61,614 nt of DNA, taken from contig CAYJNJ010000009.1 of assembly GCA_964371595.1 (NCBI GenBank), positions 1 to 61,614 on the forward strand, written 5' to 3'. Below, one piece after another: positions 1-7,330 of this stretch. The stretch comes from an uncultured Bacteroidales bacterium. GTDB lineage: Bacteria; Bacteroidota; Bacteroidia; Bacteroidales; JAGOPY01. Numbering within the stretch: the first letter of the stretch is position 1; every line of letters starts with the position of its first letter. The notes beneath the pieces were generated by a model, which worked only from the letters and a program-made list of their open reading frames with translations, was not told where the DNA came from and did not search any database. The translations under genes were made by a program, and so were the position numbers.

Positions 1-1
1 G

Positions 2-538
2 CGCTACCCGGAGATGCTGATAAAGATCATCGAGGAGAATGGGCTGGCGGAGCTGGATGCGGTCGGCGGTCAGCAGTTGGCGGTCAGCGGTCGGCGGTCG
101 GCGGTCAGCGGTCAGCAGTCGGATAACTCAAAAACTCCGATCTCAGAAATTCCGAACTCAACACTTAACCCTCAACCCTCAACACTCCACGCCATGGGTC
201 CCAACGACAGGCCCATCTTTCTCACGAATGGGGTGAAGTTCATCCTGGCAAGAAAAGGGGATGATTTTGTAAAAATTGCGGAGGAATTCGGGATATATTC
301 CTGGCAGCTTTACCAGTATAATGAGCTCGACAGGGACGAAGATATCGTGCCGGGTGAAAGGGTGTATATTGAAAAGAAGAAAGGAAGGGGGGAAGAGGCG
401 GAATACGTAGTGAAAGCGGGGGATGACATGAGGTCTGTTTCGCAGGCTTTCGGGATACGGCTGAAGGTACTTTGCAAGCTGAACCAGAAAGATAAATTTG
501 ATATGCTCCGTGAAGGTGAAGTGCTGAAACTGAGATAA
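2..538 (+). CDS. Glucosaminidase/LysM peptidoglycan hydrolase, 5'-truncated by the window edge
   Basis: Frame is open from position 2 (RYPEMLIKIIEENGLAELD, typical end of a glucosaminidase domain). A repeat-derived linker follows, then two LysM motifs (RKGDDFVKIAEEFGI; YVVKAGDDMRSVSQAFGI). Confidence 0.75.
   Translation, partial: RYPEMLIKIIEENGLAELDAVGGQQLAVSGRRSAVSGQQSDNSKTPISEIPNSTLNPQPSTLHAMGPNDRPIFLTNGVKFILARKGDDFVKIAEEFGIYSWQLYQYNELDRDEDIVPGERVYIEKKKGRGEEAEYVVKAGDDMRSVSQAFGIRLKVLCKLNQKDKFDMLREGEVLKLR
59..193 (+). repeat. Heptamer tandem repeats inside CDS: 9 x GCRGTYR (59-121) and about 5 x CAACMCT-like (152-193)
   Basis: Read directly: gcggtcg gcggtca gcagttg gcggtca gcggtcg gcggtcg gcggtca gcggtca gcagtcg; then caacact taaccct caaccct caacact. 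Confidence 0.9.
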
Positions 539-893
539 TTTGGCTGCGAAACTAAAAATAAGGGCTAAATTGGAACAATTCTATACGGAAAACCGTATTA
601 CAATATTGGCATGTTTTGATTAATCATATAATTATTACGATATGATGGGGAATTCCAAAATAAATGATATTTCTATTGCTTTTTTATCTTTATTGATTAC
701 TTTTGTTTTCAAATGCATCAAAGCCCGTCAAGTCTTTATTTTTATTAAATATTTGTTAAATTTGGACAAACAAGAACAATTTTGTTTTATTTTGCATAAT
801 CCTGGTTTCCGGAAAGGTTTCACTATTTCCCGGAGCCATTGCCGATTAAACCACTATGAATGAAAAATTTTGAATGATAAAAACCTTTCACTT

Positions 894-2522
894 ATGAAAC
901 GAATACTCTTTACGCTTTTATTACTGGCAGGCTGTTTAGCCGGGTACTCGCAGATGACCAACAACGGCGGTTCTATTACGGTAGAAAACGGCGCTACACT
1001 GGTTATCGAGGGAGATTACACCAGTACGGGCACAGGGACCATGGATATTGACGGGGAAGTTGTTCTTAAGGGCGACTTTGTGAATAACGGTGGAAGTATA
1101 GCCACCGGCTCATTCGGACAGTTGACGTTCAATGGTACGAGTGCCCAGGAAATTACAGGAAGTGCTTCAACCACCTTTTACTGTGCGGTTGAAGTGGACA
1201 ATGCCAGCGGAGTAGCGCTCACAGCTACGGCAGCACCGGGGGCCAGCCAGGTTCTCGACAGCTCGCTGATCCTGACCACGGGAAAGGTTACCCTGAACAC
1301 GTTCGACCTGACCTTAAGCAATGAAGGAGTGACCACCCCTTCAGCCACAAAATACATCGTGACCAATTCCACCGGGCAGCTTAAAGCCGCTGTCGGAGCA
1401 TCCAACTACCTTTTCCCTGTTGGAAGCGCATCGGCCTATAACCCAGTTATCCTGAACGAAGCAGGCAGCGCCGATACCTATGGTGTGACCTACGCCGCTT
1501 CAACCCCGGCAGGATGGGCACCGACTGACCACGCCGTGGTTGGCACATGGACAGTTACCGATGCCACCCCGGCCGGCAACCTCCTGACGGTTACCCCGGG
1601 CTGGAATGCCACCGATGAACAAACGAATTTTGACCCGACGGATTGCGCAGTCGGCGTTACAGCCGATAACGGCACGACCATCGCATGGAAAGCTTCAGGA
1701 GCCGCTACAGGCCCCGATGCAAACGGCATCTACGCTAAAAGCGGCGCCGGTTTTACCTCTTTAGGACAATATGTTGTCGGCGATTACTTCTTCGAAGGTA
1801 TCGACATCGACCTCGACCTGTTCCTTGCAGGGGCTTATAACGCAGGTTCAATGACAACCGGCCTGAATTCGATCATCCCGCTTACCGATCCTTACGGAAA
1901 CGGTATCAATGCAACTTCCATTCCTTCCGCCAATGTGGTCGACTGGGTGGAAATCGAACTGAGGGACCAGACCATACCGGCAACGGTTGTGAAATCGTAT
2001 TCAGGATTCCTTAACAACGACGGAAATGTACTGGGCATCAGCGGAACACCCGGACTGAAGCTCACCGGCGTTGCCAAAGCACAATATTATGTAGCGGTAA
2101 GGCACCGCAACCACCTTGGCGCAATGACCGCCAGCCCGATCAACTTCACCCTTGCAGGGCCCTTCGCTTTTGACTTCTCAGCTGGTACCGGAATCTATGG
2201 CACCGACGCTATGAGGGATATGGGATCCTCCGATTGGGCCTTATGGGCAGGAGATGCTAACGGCGACGGAGCCATAGTTTTCCAGGGTGCAGGAAATGAT
2301 CCTACACCGGTTGGTAATACCGTATCCAGTGATCCGGGCAATACCAATGACGAATTTACCTATGTTGTAAATGGGTATAATAATTCTGATGTGAACATGG
2401 ACGGACAGGTTATCTTCCAGGGAGCCGGTAATGACCCGACACCGATTGGTAACTCTGTCAGCAGCCACCCGGGTAATACCAACGACGAATTTACTTTTAC
2501 CGTCAATGACCAGCTTCCTTAA
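894..2522 (+). CDS. Secreted beta-rich protein with C-terminal HRNHL domain and duplicated dockerin-like Ca-binding module; no T9SS CTD
   Basis: Signal peptide MKRILFTLLLLAGCLAGYSQ from ATG 894. Motifs VVDWVEIELR and YYVAVRHRNHLG, then two 45-aa repeats starting GDANGDG and SDVNMDG. Confidence 0.75.
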   Translation: MKRILFTLLLLAGCLAGYSQMTNNGGSITVENGATLVIEGDYTSTGTGTMDIDGEVVLKGDFVNNGGSIATGSFGQLTFNGTSAQEITGSASTTFYCAVEVDNASGVALTATAAPGASQVLDSSLILTTGKVTLNTFDLTLSNEGVTTPSATKYIVTNSTGQLKAAVGASNYLFPVGSASAYNPVILNEAGSADTYGVTYAASTPAGWAPTDHAVVGTWTVTDATPAGNLLTVTPGWNATDEQTNFDPTDCAVGVTADNGTTIAWKASGAATGPDANGIYAKSGAGFTSLGQYVVGDYFFEGIDIDLDLFLAGAYNAGSMTTGLNSIIPLTDPYGNGINATSIPSANVVDWVEIELRDQTIPATVVKSYSGFLNNDGNVLGISGTPGLKLTGVAKAQYYVAVRHRNHLGAMTASPINFTLAGPFAFDFSAGTGIYGTDAMRDMGSSDWALWAGDANGDGAIVFQGAGNDPTPVGNTVSSDPGNTNDEFTYVVNGYNNSDVNMDGQVIFQGAGNDPTPIGNSVSSHPGNTNDEFTFTVNDQLP

Positions 2523-2554
2523 TTCATTCCATTTACTCTGAAAAAATTACAGAT

Positions 2555-4723
2555 ATGAAAAATATACTTATACTTTTTGTAAGCTTACTTCTGATCGGTG
2601 TTTCAAAACCAGCACTTCCGCAGGCCGGATCTATTACAATGGGTGTGATCGCTACGGATTGCGATCAGATAATTGTAACCTGGAACTCTACATACTCTTT
2701 TGTAGGAGGTGGAAGCAACCAATGGGTACAGGCCACATTGACAATTACCTGGCCGGAAACTGCATCTACTGATGGAAGCACCCTGGGACCAATTACTTCT
2801 TTACTTCCGGGATTTACAGGTTGGGGTTATGATGGTGCCGCTGTTCTTTCAGGAGGTACAGAATGGCAAAGGAAAATAATCCTTTTAAGCAGCGGTTATA
2901 CCCAGGACATTCCGATAGGGACCACTGAAATCATTTCTATTAAATTAGCCGGTGCAGGATCAAGTACTTTTACAATTGCCGACCCATTGCTAAATACTGA
3001 TATATCTTCATTTAATTTTTCCGGACAGATGTGGTCAGGTTCATTCAGCCCGGCAACTACTACACCTGTAACTTTTGCCGATGGAATTAAATGGAACGGC
3101 ACACGTTGGTGCGGCGGTACCTCAACTACTTATCCCGGAGAACCATCAAGTGCTGATGGTACCCTCACTTGCCAAATTACTGGTGCAAATGGGGTCCTTC
3201 ATCAATCCGGTGCAGTAGTTGGTGTCCTCACAGTTAGTGTTGACGCAAATCTTACTATTGCCCCAAATGCAACGCTGACTAGTGGAGCTGCCACAGTCAA
3301 TGGGGTAAATGGTATTAATATTGATGCTGATGCCACAGGTACAGGTTCGTTTATTCCTTCCAGTATTACATACGCTGGGGTTGGTAGTTCAAATTCCAAG
3401 CAGTATTTTTCTGATATTGAAACATCAGTTCCATTCCATATTCACTTTGTAGGTCCGCTACTTTATGATCCCGCCTACCAGACAGCTAACGGTCACAAAG
3501 GTGTGTATTTAAGTGCCTTCAATTTAATAGCTGGTCAAACCTATGCTTATTCATTTGATAACCCGACTCAAACGTGGCTTAACCAATCTGCACTCACTTA
3601 CCAGGTTCCGAGTACCAAGGGTATTGCTTTAAGCACTACTTCAAACACACCTAGTTTAATTAACATGTCCGGAAAATTCCAGGTTGGTGCAATTAATACT
3701 AGCAATGGTGGTGTTATTCCGCTAGCTAATACAGGGTATAATTTAGTGTCAAATCCATACTCGAGTGGATTAAGTGCAATGACATTCCTTTCAACAAATA
3801 TTGACATTGCAGGAAGTATACTTGATGACATCTTTGTTTGGGAAGGTGCTAATACTTCAGGTGGTGGAAATTATAGTTATTTCAATTATACGTTAGGTAC
3901 TGGTACTGGTGGCTTGACAAGTGGAATAATTCCCATGGGTCAGGGATTTTTTGTTGATTTTACGGGAGCAGCAAATGTGAGTTTTAGTAATTCAATGCGA
4001 ACTCATTCAACTGGTGTACTTTTGAAAGATGAACCTGCAAATTTACTCAGGTTATTTGCTAAAGGAAATGATTTCAGTGATGAATCAATTGTAGCTTTCA
4101 GAGAAAATGCATCATCTGGTTACGGCATCGGTGATACCGATAAATGGCCAAGTATGTATGAGATGTCTACTGAAGCCTGGACTGTATCATCTGATAATAT
4201 TGACCTGGCGATCAATACTCTTGAACCGCTCGGTACAGAACTGGTCAATGTGCCTTATAATTTTAAATGTGGAGCTGAAGGCACATATACTATCGAAGCT
4301 GTAAATATTACCAGCTTTGAGTCAGGTACAGAAATCTGGCTTGAGGATTTACAAATAGGTGGAGAATGGCATAATCTGGTGGTGAACCCGGTTTATGAAT
4401 TTGCCGGATCCCCAAGCGATCTCCAGGAAAGATTTATCCTCCACTTCTTCGGACCGACCGGCATCGATGATGATCCGCTTGCTGAAGTTTCGGCTGTGCA
4501 GATCTACGGCTATGGCCAGGATGCTTACATCGTGAACCGCGGTAGCGAAACCATCAAGGAATACATTGCTTACGACATGATGGGCCGTGAAATTCACCGT
4601 GGCAGCCTGCCGAACAGCACGGTAAGCAAAGTTCAGATCGGTGACGTTTCAGCGTACTACGTTGTGAAGGTCATAACCAAAGAAGGAAAGATCTATACCG
4701 ATAAAGTATACATCAACAAATAA
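2555..4723 (+). CDS. T9SS-secreted protein (putative cohesin-like N-domain, GYNLVSNPY/GQGFFV domain, CTD)
   Basis: Signal peptide; motifs GYNLVSNPYSS and IPMGQGFFV; CTD-like end (YDMMGREI...YYVVKV...KVYINK). Confidence 0.75.
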   Translation: MKNILILFVSLLLIGVSKPALPQAGSITMGVIATDCDQIIVTWNSTYSFVGGGSNQWVQATLTITWPETASTDGSTLGPITSLLPGFTGWGYDGAAVLSGGTEWQRKIILLSSGYTQDIPIGTTEIISIKLAGAGSSTFTIADPLLNTDISSFNFSGQMWSGSFSPATTTPVTFADGIKWNGTRWCGGTSTTYPGEPSSADGTLTCQITGANGVLHQSGAVVGVLTVSVDANLTIAPNATLTSGAATVNGVNGINIDADATGTGSFIPSSITYAGVGSSNSKQYFSDIETSVPFHIHFVGPLLYDPAYQTANGHKGVYLSAFNLIAGQTYAYSFDNPTQTWLNQSALTYQVPSTKGIALSTTSNTPSLINMSGKFQVGAINTSNGGVIPLANTGYNLVSNPYSSGLSAMTFLSTNIDIAGSILDDIFVWEGANTSGGGNYSYFNYTLGTGTGGLTSGIIPMGQGFFVDFTGAANVSFSNSMRTHSTGVLLKDEPANLLRLFAKGNDFSDESIVAFRENASSGYGIGDTDKWPSMYEMSTEAWTVSSDNIDLAINTLEPLGTELVNVPYNFKCGAEGTYTIEAVNITSFESGTEIWLEDLQIGGEWHNLVVNPVYEFAGSPSDLQERFILHFFGPTGIDDDPLAEVSAVQIYGYGQDAYIVNRGSETIKEYIAYDMMGREIHRGSLPNSTVSKVQIGDVSAYYVVKVITKEGKIYTDKVYINK

Positions 4724-4771
4724 TACCGGGTAATCTGGAATTTAAATTACAAAACGAAAAATTAAAACATT

Positions 4772-5005
4772 ATGAAAAAAGCGATATTCAACCTGATCAT
4801 TACCGGATTATTCCTCACGCTGCCTGTGATCATTGCTTCAGCTTCTGCACCACCACCACCGCCACCACCAGATGGAACAAGTACTGGTGACAGCCCGATT
4901 GGCGGCGCTGCCCCTATCGGAAGCGGGATTGTAATGCTGATCTCTATGGGAGCGGCCTACGGCGCTAAAAAAGTCTATGATGCCAGGAAACGCCTGGAAG
5001 AATAG
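4772..5005 (+). CDS. Small secreted poly-Pro protein with PID-CTERM-like sorting signal
   Basis: Signal peptide, PPPPPPP, then APIGSG + hydrophobic helix + GAAYGAKK basic tail. AT-rich leader before it and a terminator after it. Confidence 0.75.
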   Translation: MKKAIFNLIITGLFLTLPVIIASASAPPPPPPPDGTSTGDSPIGGAAPIGSGIVMLISMGAAYGAKKVYDARKRLEE

Positions 5006-5032
5006 AATCCCAAAACCAACCTGATATAATTC

Positions 5033-5069
5033 AAAACCATCTTTCCTGAACGGAGAGATGGTTTTTTTT
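5033..5069 (+). terminator. Intrinsic terminator closing the 894-5005 cluster
   Basis: AAAACCATCTTTCC-tgaac-GGAGAGATGG followed by T8. Confidence 0.8.
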
Positions 5070-5070
5070 A

Positions 5071-5109
5071 TTTAGCGATTTGACGATTTGGCGATTTGGC
5101 GATTTGGGG
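5071..5109 (+). repeat. Octamer tandem repeat TTTRRCGA x4
   Basis: tttagcga tttgacga tttggcga tttggcga tttgggg. Confidence 0.8.
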
Positions 5110-5144
5110 GTTGGAAAAGATCAAAGTTTAAATAACTTCGTGGT

Positions 5145-5292
5145 AGTCAGGTTAGCCATTAACGCCACTAAAACACTAAAACACAAAATATCACAAAACA
5201 TCACAAAAAATTGATTATTAAGCCAATAACTTTTGTGCAATTTAGTGTTTCCGTGCTTTTGTGGCAATAAAAAGGCTATTGAGGGTAAACTC
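5145..5292. mobile_element. MITE-like palindromic element, copy 1 (degenerate ends)
   Basis: Core GCCACTAAAACACTAAAACAC...GTGTTTCCGTGCTTTTGTGGCAATAAAAAGGCT is nearly identical to 15062-15188. Right end GGCTATTGAGGGTAAACTC resembles the TIR of copy 3. Confidence 0.7.
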
Positions 5293-5329
5293 AAAGTTCA
5301 ATGTTCAATCGTCCATGAAACTGGAACCT

Positions 5330-7321
5330 TTAATACAGCAAAATCCTTGCAAACAAATACCGGTCTTTTATCCTGATCCTTACCGTGTAGACACCCTGGC
5401 TGAAAGTGGAAAGGTTGATCGTAACGAGAGGATAGGTCTGGTCGGGGAGTTCTTCTTCAAAAATAATATGCCCCAGGACATCAAATACCTGGATAAATAA
5501 GGTGGCGGGAAGTTCTTCTTCCAGGAAAATATTTACTTTGCCCGTGGTGGGATTGGGGTAAACCTTACCTACCACATGGATAAAATCTTTCAACGAGAGC
5601 GTATCTTCATCGAAACCATTGGAAACGATAAGACTGACATCAAATGTGCCTGCGGAGGAATATAGCACCGTGCCAGGGTCACGGCCGGAAAAGGTTGCCG
5701 GGGTGCCGCCTTCAAAGGCCCATTCCCATGATACGGGCAGTCCTGAAGAGAGATTGGTGAATTCGATGCTGTTCCCGGCCAGGATGATCGTTTCGCTGGC
5801 CTGGAATGCCGCGGTCAGGTCGGCGTACTTGCCGGTAAGCGTCGTTACGCCGAGGTTCAGCGGGTCGAGCCAGTATTTGAGCTGCTGGCTGGGATCGTCG
5901 CCGTTCTGGTCCCAGGAATAATAGAACTTGCCATAGTAGTCGGGCTCGTTGGGGCCGGTTCCGTTACCGTTATCATCGCAGGCTGCATAGCCGCCGGTAA
6001 GCGTACCGACAAGTTTGCCGGTATTGTCGAACAACGGAGAACCTGACGATCCTTGTTCTGTAACGCCCCAGCCGCTTTCGGTTTCAGTCCAGAACACTTT
6101 CCAATGTGTTCCCGGCGGGCCACCCCATTGGTCTGATATCAAAGGAGTGGTGTAAGTAGATATTTTCTTGATATCCCCGGCCGGGTGATGGATCGTCACC
6201 CCCTGGGGGCTGGCGGCATTTTCCCTGTTCCAGCCGTTATAATACGGCTCATAATAAAGAGGTATGGTATCGGCAAGGCGGAGCAGCACGAAATCGGAAC
6301 CGGTTGTCGGGGCACTGGCCAGCTTCACCGCGCCGGTCATGCTGTTCGACGAAGGGGTAGCCGTAGGGTTTTCACATCCGGCCGCTTCGTAATTGAAATA
6401 GAAGATCCATTGCATGAAGTCTTCCGCAGAAGCCGATCCCGCGCAATGATCGGCGGTGAGGAAATAAGGCTCGTTGTTCTGCAGGGTGTTGTTTACCAGG
6501 GAGCCTGTGCACCAGTAGAAACCGCCGCCTTCCTTGATGTAGATCCTGGCCACGCCATGCTTCTGGAACTGCCAGTTATCGCCTTCGGGGCAATTGATGT
6601 TCACCTCGCAACCGTCGGACGTACCCCGGTTCCCGATGAAGCCTTCAAAATCCCTGTAAACATAGGAAACTTCGGAGATCCTGCAGGAGGAAATATCTTG
6701 TGCACCGGGCCGCGCATTGATTTCAACCGTCAAACGGTCGCCCGGGATTAATTCGGTGGAGAAAAGTCCGCTGGGATCGTTATTGTATAAGGTATATGAA
6801 CCCAGGACGTAATCGCCATCATCATTATAAACAAACATGCTGAAGCCGCTGCCAAGCCTGAATTCATCGAAATAAAGCCCTAATGCCAGCGCACCCTCAC
6901 ATTCAACCGACATTCTCCAAATCCTGGAACCATCGGTGAGGACCTCGGGACTGACCCCGTTAAGCAGGTCAATTCCGGCTTTCACAGCAATCCCGACCCT
7001 GGTGGGGTTACCCTGTTTTTCATTTTCGATATCGGATAATTTCAATAGTTCTTTATCCGGAGAAGGGAGCGTAAGCAGGTGAATTTCTTTTGGGCTGGAT
7101 TGGCTGAAGCTCAGGGGCTGGCCGCCGTGGGAAATCTGGGAGAAGAGGAGACCGGGGGAGAGGGAGAGGAGGAGGAGGAGGAGGAAGTGGTGAAGTGGTG
7201 AAGTGGTGAAGTGGTGAAGTGGTGAAGGGGTGAAGGGGTGAAGGTGACAAAGAGGGATAACGGGGTCTTTGTGACCTCTGTTATTCCCTCTGTGTCCTCT
7301 GTGGTTAAAAAAAAACTGCAT
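5330..7321 (-). CDS. Lysyl-endopeptidase-like (S1/trypsin-like) serine protease with PKD domain and T9SS CTD
   Basis: Triad motifs TADHC, DFVLL, GSSGSP; PKD motif WEWAFEGG; CTD VYPNP...GVYTVRI. The N-terminus is encoded by repeats. Confidence 0.85.
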   Translation of the reverse strand: MQFFFNHRGHRGNNRGHKDPVIPLCHLHPFTPSPLHHFTTSPLHHFLLLLLLSLSPGLLFSQISHGGQPLSFSQSSPKEIHLLTLPSPDKELLKLSDIENEKQGNPTRVGIAVKAGIDLLNGVSPEVLTDGSRIWRMSVECEGALALGLYFDEFRLGSGFSMFVYNDDGDYVLGSYTLYNNDPSGLFSTELIPGDRLTVEINARPGAQDISSCRISEVSYVYRDFEGFIGNRGTSDGCEVNINCPEGDNWQFQKHGVARIYIKEGGGFYWCTGSLVNNTLQNNEPYFLTADHCAGSASAEDFMQWIFYFNYEAAGCENPTATPSSNSMTGAVKLASAPTTGSDFVLLRLADTIPLYYEPYYNGWNRENAASPQGVTIHHPAGDIKKISTYTTPLISDQWGGPPGTHWKVFWTETESGWGVTEQGSSGSPLFDNTGKLVGTLTGGYAACDDNGNGTGPNEPDYYGKFYYSWDQNGDDPSQQLKYWLDPLNLGVTTLTGKYADLTAAFQASETIILAGNSIEFTNLSSGLPVSWEWAFEGGTPATFSGRDPGTVLYSSAGTFDVSLIVSNGFDEDTLSLKDFIHVVGKVYPNPTTGKVNIFLEEELPATLFIQVFDVLGHIIFEEELPDQTYPLVTINLSTFSQGVYTVRIRIKDRYLFARILLY
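7184..7315. repeat. Octamer repeat (GAAGTGGT x5, GAAGGGGT x2), CACAGAG-type hairpin and A9 tract in the 5' end of the protease gene
   Basis: Units at 7184-7239; imperfect inverted repeat 7246-7267 / 7273-7296; A9 at 7307-7315. Confidence 0.9.
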
Positions 7322-7330
7322 ATTTTGATG

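Noticed and set aside
803-838. Imperfect hairpin upstream of gene 894 as a riboswitch
   Set aside because: Short imperfect stem with no recognisable aptamer consensus; cannot be supported without an Rfam search.
642-863. 73-aa ORF in the AT-rich leader
   Set aside because: No recognisable motif; overlaps probable promoter boxes (TAnnTTTG) of the 894-5005 cluster.
2250-2522. 135-nt duplication as a DGR template/variable repeat pair
   Set aside because: Both copies are in frame in one gene, differences are not adenine-specific, and no reverse transcriptase is present.
5261-5500. 79-aa ORF starting in the MITE
   Set aside because: Starts in repeat DNA and runs antisense to the protease CTD; no coding signal.
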